A stretch of DNA of 64,000 bases from positions 261 through 64,260 of the forward strand of contig JAFQTD010000015.1 in assembly GCA_017409215.1 (NCBI GenBank). Reading direction: 5' to 3'. Every line of letters starts with the position of its first letter. The stretch's first letter is position 1. Source of the DNA: Alphaproteobacteria bacterium. GTDB lineage: Bacteria > Pseudomonadota > Alphaproteobacteria > Rs-D84. Positions 35,534 to 44,776 of this stretch are shown here, one piece after another. A program made the position numbers and the translations under genes. Under the pieces are notes generated by a model that had not been told where the DNA came from, did no database searches, and saw only the letters and a list, made by a program, of their open reading frames with translations.

Positions 35534-36058
35534 TTATCTTTGTTTGGTAACAAAATCTGCAATTTGTTGGGCAGTCTGGTGCGGTGTCTGTCCGTCATTG
35601 TTTATTATCAAATCTGATTTTTTCGGTCTGTGATAATTTTCATTATACATTTCACGTATACGCCCAATTTCCCAGTCGGTCAATGTACGTGTTCCACGAT
35701 TGGTTAAACACTTTTCCAAACTGGGCGCCAGTGTAACTGCAATAAAACGTGTGTTCTTATCAATATGGGCCGACCAGCGCCGATACAAATTTTCTGTCAT
35801 TGGATACGCAAAAATAATTGTTTCGTATTGGCGTTGATTTTTTTGGTCGGCAATAATTCTATCCAATCGGTTCAGGCGTTCGCCCCAGCCGGCCTGCATG
35901 GTCAAACCTAATTTTTTCTCTTTATCATCTGACAACAGGTCATCAACTTCTATAAAAACTGCGTGTGGCAACATTTGCACTAATTGTTTTGATACCGTTG
36001 ATTTCCCAGAATTTATCGGTCCGTTGATATTCAGAATCAGCATTGTTTCCTCCCCCAT
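35534..36058 (-). CDS. P-loop (AAA/adenylate-kinase-like) kinase
   Basis: Walker A NGPINSGKST, ~170 aa. Overlaps the CYTH gene end. Confidence 0.6.
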   Translation of the reverse strand: MGEETMLILNINGPINSGKSTVSKQLVQMLPHAVFIEVDDLLSDDKEKKLGLTMQAGWGERLNRLDRIIADQKNQRQYETIIFAYPMTENLYRRWSAHIDKNTRFIAVTLAPSLEKCLTNRGTRTLTDWEIGRIREMYNENYHRPKKSDLIINNDGQTPHQTAQQIADFVTKQR

Positions 36059-36609
36059 TGTTTCTTGCGCAACATCAGTTCTGGTTTGCCGGCATTCAAT
36101 TCAGGTGACACAGCAAAGCCCAAATTATCAATAAAGGATTGAATCTGTGATTTTATTTGCGCCACATCTACGTCATCAGGGGTGCAATATTCAACTTCTA
36201 AAAACAGCCCCAGATCTGCCACAGTTTCAAATTCAATTGTATAATCGCCGGCACGATATGTTCGTTTCAGATTATCAATTTTTATCAATTCACGCAGTCC
36301 CAGCGCATGCATAATTTCGCACATTGTGGACATGTCTGCGACGGTTGTTTCCGCTTCGTCAGAATAAAGCCATGTATCGCCATCAAAATGGTCATTCTTA
36401 TATGTGATATAATTCACCCCGTCTTTTTGACGTGTGCGACAGCATGCATACAGGTGGCCGTTGCCGTCCGGCTGTAATTCGGGACGTAATGGGTCATAAT
36501 AGTATGTATCAACCGTTCGTTTATCGCCCAGGAATTCAAATTTAGACAACTTACGCAGAACGTCTGCTTCGTCGGCAAAAACCTGAACCAAGATTTCAAT
36601 TTCTTTCAT
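36037..36609 (-). CDS. CYTH domain protein (class IV adenylyl cyclase/triphosphatase family)
   Basis: MKEIEILVQV (ExExK-like start), ..YTIEFETVADLGLFLEVEY. Confidence 0.65.
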   Translation of the reverse strand: MKEIEILVQVFADEADVLRKLSKFEFLGDKRTVDTYYYDPLRPELQPDGNGHLYACCRTRQKDGVNYITYKNDHFDGDTWLYSDEAETTVADMSTMCEIMHALGLRELIKIDNLKRTYRAGDYTIEFETVADLGLFLEVEYCTPDDVDVAQIKSQIQSFIDNLGFAVSPELNAGKPELMLRKKQWGRKQC

Positions 36610-36612
36610 AAG

Positions 36613-37216
36613 ATGCACCCTTTGCGATATTCTAAACCGCTTTTTCAGAAATATCAATATTTTCCAACGGAATATAATGTCTGTGACATAATTAGGTCTG
36701 CCGGTAATTGTGGGTGGGATGACCTGTCATACCTGCAAAGGCGGGAATTAGTTCGCGTTATGATTGAACGAGCAACTTATTCGCAAGAACAACTGATATT
36801 CTGCATCAATGTCAACCCACAGTTGTATAATTCATTTTTATCCACATATCATATCAATCATAATAACAGTCCAATGGAATATACGGTCAACGGTGATAAT
36901 GTGACGATTGTGCGACCGGTTGTACTGCGCCGATATACCAACACCAGATTTGGCGGGGGGGCGTAATGACACGCTGAGCATTACAGAAAACAACCACCTG
37001 ATATTAAAGGCCTTTGCCACCGCGTGGCGGTATAGGGAAATGTATGAACGTGGTGGCGACGTAGATTCTATTGGCCGAACCGAACATGTTGCCCTGCGCC
37101 ATGTGTACCGATGTTTAGAGGTGGCGTACATGAACCCAACCAAAGTAAACAAAATCCTATCCGGCAAACTAAAAACAAACGTTAATGATTTGCATAAAGT
37201 TGCAAAAGAAGGTTAG
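36613..37216 (+). pseudogene. C-terminal remnant of a serine recombinase, frameshifted in a G7 run
   Basis: ..HLILKAFATAWRYREMYERGGDVDSIGRTEHVALRHVYRCLEVAYMNPTKVNKILSG resembles the conserved recombinase tail (..LLKALARAHRW..ML..G...SI.ELA..EG...SYV.R.LRL..LAPDIV.AIL.G). Two frames join at GGGGGGG 36955-36961. No catalytic N-terminal domain. Confidence 0.6.
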
Positions 37217-37219
37217 ATA

Positions 37220-38731
37220 TTATGATTCAACTAAATAACGCGTGTCAGTTCTAGTCATTTCTAATATTTTATCAAACTTATCTTGAGAAATACGATAAAA
37301 ACCTCTTGGCATGTTTTCAATAGACAGAACATCTGCATCACATAATGCTTTTAAATTGACCTTTGGAATAGGAAAGGAATAAGTATATAAGAATTCAACA
37401 ATAAAAGGTCTATGTCTGATATTATAATTCCAATGTCGTTCTAATTCAGAATCGGTAAAAATAGTTCTACGTTTACAACAATCTTTAAACTCATCTAAAG
37501 TGCGTGGATATAATATTCTGTTGACTACACCTATTGTCGTAATGACACCCTGATACAATCCGCCGGTACGATAAAAAATGATATTGTCACCTTGTTGTAA
37601 ATCTTTAAAAATAGATCTTGAAATATATACTTTTGTAATCGCATTTCTGAATGGTTCATTTTCTTGAAAATCGTACGGAGATTCGTTATTTAATATTGAA
37701 TCAGGGAGTAACGATGTATGATATTGTGGATATATTGGACAAATATAAGCGTCGGAATATTTATTAAATAAAGGAAACGTGTGTTTAGGGTTTCTTTTAT
37801 CAAATGCTTTTGTCATATTACGGACATAGACCCCTTCAACATTATTTTTAGTGCCCCAACGATAAAAACCAAAATCTTGTAATTGTCTTACTAATGCCTG
37901 TTTAGGCAAGTCGTTTTCATCAGAATCAAATATTGTTACATAGATTTCATCTACATTCATATTTACAGCATTATCAAATGCTATTTTTAAGAATCTTTCA
38001 CCAAGTTTAAGTCCATTCATAGCTACTTTGAAAGTGCCAATTTTTAAACGTCTTTTGGGTGGCAATATTGGAACTATATTTGAATAGTTCTCGTCTTCAT
38101 TTTCCTGTTTTAAATACAAAAAAGCTTTTAAAGAATCGCCTAGATAACAAACATATGCATCTTCTTGTGATTTTTTGTTTAACCAAGCATCAAAACCTTC
38201 ATAACTTTCGCGCAAACTGTCAAAAAATTTATCTCTGATATTAATATCTCCAATTTTCTTTTTCCTAACAGCTAGCACATTATAATCTATTAAAGATGGG
38301 TGTTCAGACAGCATCTTTTCAGAGAAACTTTCTATTGAAAAGACTTTATCTGCTATACCCAAATATTGTGCTTTTTTGTATAATCCGCGGTCTTCCGTTA
38401 TAAAAGTATCAACTCTACCACAGTATAATTCATTTAATATTTTGGTATCATTCTGAGAATTAATATCCTTGTCTGATTTTAGTAAGTTGGATACTTGTTC
38501 TGCTAGTGATGCCAGAGCAGTTAGTTTATTATAGGAACCTAGTTTTGATAAAATTACTTCCCTTTTTTCTACAGCTCCATATTGTGCGATTTCTTGTTCT
38601 GATATGGGGTGAATATATTTGTCATAATGCAGTTTATCCAACCAATTGAACAAATCCGGAGTGTTCGGATTCAAGATGCGATCCGTTTCTCTATATATAA
38701 TGATATTTGTATCAAGCAATACCTTTGGCAT
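37220..38731 (-). CDS. three-part protein: N-terminal PIN nuclease domain, central GNAT-like region, C-terminal PUA/EVE/ASCH-like region
   Basis: MPKVLLDTNIIIY and ..TFITEDRGL (PIN acidic residues). Central ..LKIGTFKV..GLKLGERFLKIAFDNAV.. is GNAT-like. C-terminal ..GDNIIFYRTGG..GVITTIGVV.. is PUA-like. Confidence 0.55.
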   Translation of the reverse strand: MPKVLLDTNIIIYRETDRILNPNTPDLFNWLDKLHYDKYIHPISEQEIAQYGAVEKREVILSKLGSYNKLTALASLAEQVSNLLKSDKDINSQNDTKILNELYCGRVDTFITEDRGLYKKAQYLGIADKVFSIESFSEKMLSEHPSLIDYNVLAVRKKKIGDINIRDKFFDSLRESYEGFDAWLNKKSQEDAYVCYLGDSLKAFLYLKQENEDENYSNIVPILPPKRRLKIGTFKVAMNGLKLGERFLKIAFDNAVNMNVDEIYVTIFDSDENDLPKQALVRQLQDFGFYRWGTKNNVEGVYVRNMTKAFDKRNPKHTFPLFNKYSDAYICPIYPQYHTSLLPDSILNNESPYDFQENEPFRNAITKVYISRSIFKDLQQGDNIIFYRTGGLYQGVITTIGVVNRILYPRTLDEFKDCCKRRTIFTDSELERHWNYNIRHRPFIVEFLYTYSFPIPKVNLKALCDADVLSIENMPRGFYRISQDKFDKILEMTRTDTRYLVES

Positions 38732-38799
38732 GTAAATAAAATCCTATTACAGGTAATATTTAGTCAAAAGCACGCACAAATCAAGGTATAAAATAATTT

Positions 38800-39186
38800 C
38801 TATCTAGACAAATACACAAAAGATTGTGGGGCCACAGAAACACCAAAAGAACTTAACGTTCTTGGTTTTTTATATTTTTTTACATTTCCCAATTTATAAG
38901 CTACGGATTTCGAACGACCAGAATAGTAAGAATCATAAAAATCTTTAGAAACACCGGCTTTTTTCATTGTTTTTCTCCAAACTGCTGCGGGTGTATCTTC
39001 TATAATTTCAATAATATCAGCTTCGCCAATCACTTTCATAACAGGCGAAGTGCAATAAATTATCATCTTGTTTACATCAGATTTACAACGATTTTTACGA
39101 AATTCAAATTCTTTTTCACCAGAGAAAATTTTTTCCACATATTCTGGGTTGATGGACAAAAGCACCCTACACATAATTCTCTCCAT
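38800..39186 (-). CDS. ASCH domain protein
   Basis: LLSINPEYVEKIFSGEKEFEFRKN..MIIYCTSPVMKVIGEADI.. Confidence 0.7.
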   Translation of the reverse strand: MERIMCRVLLSINPEYVEKIFSGEKEFEFRKNRCKSDVNKMIIYCTSPVMKVIGEADIIEIIEDTPAAVWRKTMKKAGVSKDFYDSYYSGRSKSVAYKLGNVKKYKKPRTLSSFGVSVAPQSFVYLSR

Positions 39187-39203
39187 TTTTTTATGTTGAG
39201 ATA

Positions 39204-39214
39204 ATTATATCACA
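39204..39214 (-). promoter_or_regulatory. extended -10 promoter (TGTGATATAAT) of the ASCH/PIN operon
   Basis: The reverse complement of ATTATATCACA is TGTGATATAAT, ~20 nt upstream of the RBS GGAGAG and the ATG at 39186. Confidence 0.5.
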
Positions 39215-39406
39215 AAATGACATTTTTTTCCACAGCTTTTTATGTGTAACTGGCATCAGATTTTTGGGCAAAGTATATAAGGTGTATGAAATTGGGAGGC
39301 ATGGATGCAACTAGCGATATATGCTGGTAATATCATCCACAAAAACTGCCGGAAACTGGGCAAAAAAGAACATCCCGTGGGATTGCCACGGGATGTCTAA
39401 TTTTAC

Positions 39407-39497
39407 TGGCGGAGATGAAGGGATTCGAACCCTTGATACGGTTGCCCGTATACCACATTTCCAATGTGGCGCACTAGACCAACTATGCGACATCTCC
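39407..39497 (-). tRNA. tRNA-Ser (GGA)
   Basis: Reverse complement GGAGATGTCGCATAGTTGGTCTAGTGCGCCACATTGGAAATGTGG + long variable arm TATACGGGCAACCGTATC + AAGGGTTCGAATCCCTTCATCTCCGCCA. Terminator hairpin at 39371-39395. Confidence 0.95.
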
Positions 39498-39512
39498 GGA
39501 TTTTTTTAACGT

Positions 39513-39899
39513 TTATTCTTCGTCAGATGTTTCTTCGACTTCTTCAACCGCTTCTTCGGCAGTCATCGGTTCAACATCATCGCTGGCCAATGATGCTTCT
39601 AATTCGGCATCAATTTCACGCAATAATGGATCGCTGCTGCCCACCTCTAGGGATTCATCGCCTTCTAAGGCTGTTGGTGCTTCCTTATACGACTGAACAA
39701 ATTCATGACGAACCGCATCAACATCAAGCTTACCACTGGCAATTTCACGCAATGCAACAACTGTTAATTTATCCTTGTCCTGAGATACCACAGGTTCTGC
39801 GCCACCGTTCAAATCACGAACACGCTGAGATGCCAGCATCCCAAGCTCATAACGACTTTCTACGTATGGTAATGTATCTGAATTTGTTGTACGTGCCAT
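39513..39899 (-). CDS. rpoZ: DNA-directed RNA polymerase subunit omega
   Basis: MARTTNSD..SRYELGMLASQRVRDL; acidic tail; RBS AAGGA. Confidence 0.9.
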   Translation of the reverse strand: MARTTNSDTLPYVESRYELGMLASQRVRDLNGGAEPVVSQDKDKLTVVALREIASGKLDVDAVRHEFVQSYKEAPTALEGDESLEVGSSDPLLREIDAELEASLASDDVEPMTAEEAVEEVEETSDEE

Positions 39900-39949
39900 T
39901 TTAATTCCTTTGTTGAAATCATTTATAACCACGTTATAATGCCCTATGG

Positions 39950-41206
39950 ATGGTCAAAATGCAAGAAGAAAATAAAAAAAACAACATTAAAACACTATCT
40001 TTTGGTTGCCGGCTGAATGCGCTGGAATCAGAAAAGATTCAAAAAATGCTGAACAGTTGCATTGATACAGCAATTGTCGTTAATACCTGCGCGGTCACAG
40101 CAGAGGCAGAAAGACAATCTGGACAGGCAATCAGAAAAATTGCACGCGAAAACCCGAATGCGCCTATTTTTGTGACTGGGTGTGCGGCAACAAGAAATCC
40201 TGAATTGTTCACACAGATTCCAAACACGATGGTCGTCAGTAATTTTGATAAACTAAACCTGAATGCGTATGTTAATGCGCTGGAAAATGCGCCTTGCAAT
40301 ATAAAGAATGCAGAAATCAGCCAATTTAAAAGCACTGATGCAAAATTATCTAAGCAGTTCGTGCAAATTCAAAATGGATGTAATCATAGTTGTACATATT
40401 GCATAACCAGAAAATTACGTGGCAAGGCCGTTTCGTTTGATTACAACGCAATTTTGAATGATGTTCAAGCCGCAATTAAAAATGGTTTCTATGAAATTGT
40501 GTTGACTGGTGTCGATATCGCATCATATGCAACACAAAAAGACGGCAATCCGTTCCTGTTATCTGATTTGTGCAAGGCTTTACTTAATGATGTGCCAGAA
40601 ATAAAAAGATTGCGTTTGTCATCAGTTGACCCAGCGGTTCTTGATGTAAAAAATATAATTAATCTGATTCTGACAGAAAATCGTATGATGCCACATATGC
40701 ACTTTTCCATGCAGTCGGGGTCAGATACTATTCTGCGTGCAATGGGACGAAGACACACCGCCCAACAGGTGCGCGACTTGGTCGCGATGGCAAACGGTAA
40801 AATTTCATTTAGTTGGGATATAATTTGCGGATTCCCAGGTGAAACAGATGCACTGTTTGAAGAAACACTTAGATTGGTCCATGATACAAAACCAATAAAA
40901 ATTCACGCGTTCCCTTTTTCACCACGACCAGACACAGTGGCTGCGACTATGCCGGAACAGGTTGACAGGTCTGTTTCGAAAAAAAGGGTGAAAATCATCA
41001 CCAATTTATCCAATACTATTCGTGCAGATTTTATGAATAGTCAATTAGGTAAAATTGTTCAGGTCTTGGTCGAAGAAAATAATATCGCACGCGACCCGCA
41101 TGATATTGCGGTAAAAATACAGGGATGCGCCCTGCCCCCACGTGCAATCTGTAATGTAAAAATAATTGATGTCAAAGACGATTATTTTATTGGCAATGCG
41201 GTTTAG
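39950..41206 (+). CDS. mtaB: tRNA (t6A37) methylthiotransferase MtaB (radical SAM)
   Basis: SFGCRLNALESE and radical-SAM CNHSCTYC. Confidence 0.85.
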   Translation: MVKMQEENKKNNIKTLSFGCRLNALESEKIQKMLNSCIDTAIVVNTCAVTAEAERQSGQAIRKIARENPNAPIFVTGCAATRNPELFTQIPNTMVVSNFDKLNLNAYVNALENAPCNIKNAEISQFKSTDAKLSKQFVQIQNGCNHSCTYCITRKLRGKAVSFDYNAILNDVQAAIKNGFYEIVLTGVDIASYATQKDGNPFLLSDLCKALLNDVPEIKRLRLSSVDPAVLDVKNIINLILTENRMMPHMHFSMQSGSDTILRAMGRRHTAQQVRDLVAMANGKISFSWDIICGFPGETDALFEETLRLVHDTKPIKIHAFPFSPRPDTVAATMPEQVDRSVSKKRVKIITNLSNTIRADFMNSQLGKIVQVLVEENNIARDPHDIAVKIQGCALPPRAICNVKIIDVKDDYFIGNAV

Positions 41207-41225
41207 AATTGTTATCATCAAAATC

Positions 41226-42401
41226 ATGAAAAAGAAATTATTTGCTTTATTTTTAATGTTTGTATGCAGTGTCGCAGGGGCTGAAGAATTCAAAACCAAG
41301 GCGAAATCTGCATTTCTGATTGACTATGATTCTGGGGCAGAAATATTTGCAAAAAATGCAGATACGTTAATGCCACCGTCTTCGATGATAAAGTTGATGA
41401 CGTTGGCGGTTCTGTTTGATGAATTAAAGGTAGGAAATATAACACTGGACACACGATTCCCAGTCGGTGAAAACGCGGACTATAATCGCCCAGAATGGTA
41501 CCCAGCCAGCAAGATTTGCTTGGTCGCAGGGCAGGATATTTCTGTGCGCGATTTGATACTGGGATTGATTGTATTGTCAGGTGGGGATGCGTCAATGGTT
41601 ATTGCAGAAAAATTGGGCGGGACCGAAGTTGCCTTTACCGCAATGATGGAGAAAAAAGCCCGCAGCATCGGAATGGAACGGTCTACGTTCGGTAATGCAA
41701 GCGGATTGCCCGACCCTAATAATTTGATGACCAGTCGTGAACTGGCAATCTTGGCAGAACATTTGATAACTGATTATCCAGATTTGTACCCGATGTTCGC
41801 AACAAAGCGGTTTGAATTTAACGAACATAAAACGGACTGGTGCAAGGAATGGGGACGGACACATACAGTCAACTATAACAAACTGTTATTCAATATGCGT
41901 GGCGCAGATGGGCTGAAAACAGGTCATACGTCTGATGGTGGATACGGTATGGTCGCCAGTGCCAAGGTTGGTGGCCGCAGACTGATTGGGGTAATTAATG
42001 GATTTAATGGCAAGGGACACGATGCATTGGCAGATGAAATGAAAAAATTATTAGAATATGGCTTTGCAACAACTGGCAGCAAGACCTTTTTTCAGTCTGG
42101 TGATACCGTCGCAGAAATCCCTGTTTGGTATGGCAAAGAACAGACGGTCGTCGCAACTGTTGCGAAAAAATTCACAATAACAACAGACAAGGATTCTGGG
42201 ATGACGGGGGTACGGGTCTTGGCACGATATGACGAACCAATCAATGCGCCTGTTTATGCCGGCGATACAATTGGCGAGATAGTGGCCGAAAAATACGGCA
42301 AGGTTATCGCACGCGCGCCACTGATTGCAAAAAATGATGTAAAAAAAGTACGCTTCTTTGGGCGCGTAATAAAAAATATCAAGGTTATACTGGGACTGTA
42401 A
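41226..42401 (+). CDS. D-alanyl-D-alanine carboxypeptidase (PBP5 family)
   Basis: Signal MKKKLFALFLMFVCSVAGA; SxxK PPSSMIKLMT; SGG motif. Confidence 0.85.
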   Translation: MKKKLFALFLMFVCSVAGAEEFKTKAKSAFLIDYDSGAEIFAKNADTLMPPSSMIKLMTLAVLFDELKVGNITLDTRFPVGENADYNRPEWYPASKICLVAGQDISVRDLILGLIVLSGGDASMVIAEKLGGTEVAFTAMMEKKARSIGMERSTFGNASGLPDPNNLMTSRELAILAEHLITDYPDLYPMFATKRFEFNEHKTDWCKEWGRTHTVNYNKLLFNMRGADGLKTGHTSDGGYGMVASAKVGGRRLIGVINGFNGKGHDALADEMKKLLEYGFATTGSKTFFQSGDTVAEIPVWYGKEQTVVATVAKKFTITTDKDSGMTGVRVLARYDEPINAPVYAGDTIGEIVAEKYGKVIARAPLIAKNDVKKVRFFGRVIKNIKVILGL

Positions 42402-42405
42402 TACA

Positions 42406-43311
42406 ATGGCACCACGCAAGAAAAACGTTAATCAATATAACTTTCCACACCCGATGGATAATGATTGTCTGGTGGGACACAGTGATATTATGAACAGATT
42501 TATTAGCGCGTGGAATAATCGCGATGTTCACCCAATACACCCTGTGTGGATGCTGACTGGACCGCAAGGAATTGGCAAAGCAACATTGGCTTATAAAATC
42601 GCCAAGATGGTGTATGGAAATGTGGGGGACTTTTTCATAATTGACCAAGACAGAAATATTGATAAAGACGGCAAACCAAAACCAGACGGCAAGGTTATTT
42701 CTGTGTACACTGTTCGTGCAATGATTAATAAAATGCAGATGTCGTCTATGTCTGGGGATTGGCGGGTAATCTTGATTGATTCAGTCGATCAATTAAATAA
42801 TTTTGCATCAAATGCGATACTAAAATTACTGGAAGAACCACCAGAAAAGACGTTGTTTTTACTGGTCGTTCATCAACTGGCAAATGTTTTACCAACCGTT
42901 CGTTCGCGTGCACGTGTCGAAAAATTAAGACCACTGTCGATATCTGAATTACGCGAATTGTGCGCGCGTTTTCTGGCTGAAGAAGATATTAGCACCGATA
43001 TGCTAAGGTTGGTTAATGGCAGTTTTGGAAAAATCGCAAACTTAAAACAAACAGGTGGCGATGTTATATACACAGAATTAATCAACCTGTTGAACGATAA
43101 ACGCGCAACCAGCGCAGATGTTATGGCAATCGCAAAAAAAATTGCCCCAGCGCCTGAATTATATGGAATTTTGCTGGATGCGATTGCAAAATTTGGACTG
43201 GCAGACTTGTACCCTGCGGCAACCCGTTCCATAGCAGATATAAAAAATGTGAATTTGGAACCAGAAATCGGAATCTTTAAAATTATTATGGATATAAAAA
43301 AATGTTTATAG
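42406..43311 (+). CDS. holB: DNA polymerase III subunit delta'
   Basis: ..HPVWMLTGPQGIGKATLAYKIAK.., ..LLEEPPEKTLFLLV.., SRARV. Confidence 0.85.
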   Translation: MAPRKKNVNQYNFPHPMDNDCLVGHSDIMNRFISAWNNRDVHPIHPVWMLTGPQGIGKATLAYKIAKMVYGNVGDFFIIDQDRNIDKDGKPKPDGKVISVYTVRAMINKMQMSSMSGDWRVILIDSVDQLNNFASNAILKLLEEPPEKTLFLLVVHQLANVLPTVRSRARVEKLRPLSISELRELCARFLAEEDISTDMLRLVNGSFGKIANLKQTGGDVIYTELINLLNDKRATSADVMAIAKKIAPAPELYGILLDAIAKFGLADLYPAATRSIADIKNVNLEPEIGIFKIIMDIKKCL

Positions 43312-44060
43312 ATACGCATTGTCATTTGACTGATAATTATTGTGATGGAACAGATAACAACGATATTATTGCACGCGCGATGAACGCAGGTGTTGGGATT
43401 CTGGTATGTCCAACCGCAGACCCAGAAGATATACCGGCGGCATTAAAACTGGCAGAAAATAACAAGAATATATTTTGTACAATCGGGATACATCCTGAAC
43501 ACGCACCAGCCAATGCATCAGATTTCTTGACCGATGATGTTATGCGACATCCGCGTGTTATTGGCGTGGGGGAAATCGGGCTGGATTATCACTATGCTGC
43601 AGATAGCCGAAAAGAGCAAATCAAGTTATTTGAGCAACAACTGGATATTGCGCGCAAATATAACCTGCCGGTTGCGATTCATACACGTGATGCCGAAGAT
43701 GATACAGCGGCAATATTGACAGGCGATATTGGCGGTGTGATGCATTGTTTTACCAGTTCTTGGGGGTTGGCAAAAAAAATGCTGGACCGCGGGTTCTTTT
43801 TTTCTGCCAGTGGGATATTGACATTCAAAAACGCGCCTGAATTACGCGAAACATTTGCAAAAATACCGTTGGACCGCATTGTTATCGAGACTGACGCCCC
43901 ATATTGCGCGCCGGTACCATATCGTGGTCAAAAGTGCGAACCAGCAATGGTTGTTGAAACCGCGCGCACGTTGGCACAAATCAAAGGGGTGTCTTTATCT
44001 GATTTAGAGGCGCAGTTGATAAAAAATGTAAAAGCATTATATCCGAAAATTAAAATCTGA
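43302..44060 (+). CDS. TatD family hydrolase
   Basis: MFIDTHCHL, GEIGLDY, ETDAPY. Confidence 0.9.
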   Translation: MFIDTHCHLTDNYCDGTDNNDIIARAMNAGVGILVCPTADPEDIPAALKLAENNKNIFCTIGIHPEHAPANASDFLTDDVMRHPRVIGVGEIGLDYHYAADSRKEQIKLFEQQLDIARKYNLPVAIHTRDAEDDTAAILTGDIGGVMHCFTSSWGLAKKMLDRGFFFSASGILTFKNAPELRETFAKIPLDRIVIETDAPYCAPVPYRGQKCEPAMVVETARTLAQIKGVSLSDLEAQLIKNVKALYPKIKI

Positions 44061-44179
44061 TATATATATTGTCCCAAGCCCGCAATAATGGGTGCGTAAA
44101 ACCCCACAAAAAGTCATTTTTTGTGGGGTTGATACGTAAATCAAGCGCGCGCCTGTGCAGAGGGGTAAATCCCCCATAC

Positions 44180-44731
44180 TTAGAATACATAGCGCAATTT
44201 TACGCGGCCTTCGTATTGCAACAAATCCATTGAAGTATATGCATCGCTGTAAATATCTGGTGCGTACAGAACGCGACCTTCGACGTCGACATTAAATGGA
44301 ACAACCGGTATATCCAGTGTCACCCCCAGCATACCCTGGTATGTCATTGCATCATCCAGGCTGACGTGCATGGTGTTGCTGACTTCGTATTTGCTGTCAA
44401 AAGTGCTGCCGATACCGACACCGATATATGGTTTTACAACCGGGGTTGGCAATTTAAAATACGCATTAATCAAACCCAGATTCAAATCGGCATTGTCCGC
44501 GGCGATGTGGTTATATTCAACCTCTATACGGAACATAGGAATATCCATCCCCAGAACCGCCCCATAAGACTGAACAGATTTCGAAACATCGTCAGAATCC
44601 ATAAACAATGTATAACCGCCGATTCCATAAGTACCCCCGGCATAAACGTCAAACAGCATATTTGAATATGCAGGGGCCGAAACTGATAAAACTGATGCAA
44701 GTGCAAAAAAACCGAGTGTTTTTGATTTCAT
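44180..44731 (-). CDS. small outer-membrane beta-barrel protein
   Basis: Signal MKSKTLGFFALASVLSVSAPAYS; alternating beta pattern; C-terminal ..VKLRYVF. Confidence 0.7.
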   Translation of the reverse strand: MKSKTLGFFALASVLSVSAPAYSNMLFDVYAGGTYGIGGYTLFMDSDDVSKSVQSYGAVLGMDIPMFRIEVEYNHIAADNADLNLGLINAYFKLPTPVVKPYIGVGIGSTFDSKYEVSNTMHVSLDDAMTYQGMLGVTLDIPVVPFNVDVEGRVLYAPDIYSDAYTSMDLLQYEGRVKLRYVF

Positions 44732-44776
44732 ATTTTCTCCTTTGTATGATATCATCATAGAAAAGAAGGCAAAGAT

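Noticed and set aside
36590-36640. Direct repeat of the tRNA-Ser 3' end marking the left border of the 36.6-39.4 kb island (AGATGCACCCTTTG versus AGATGAAGGGATTCGAACCCTTG).
   Set aside because: The similarity is limited to two 5-7-nt words and is not distinguishable from chance by eye.
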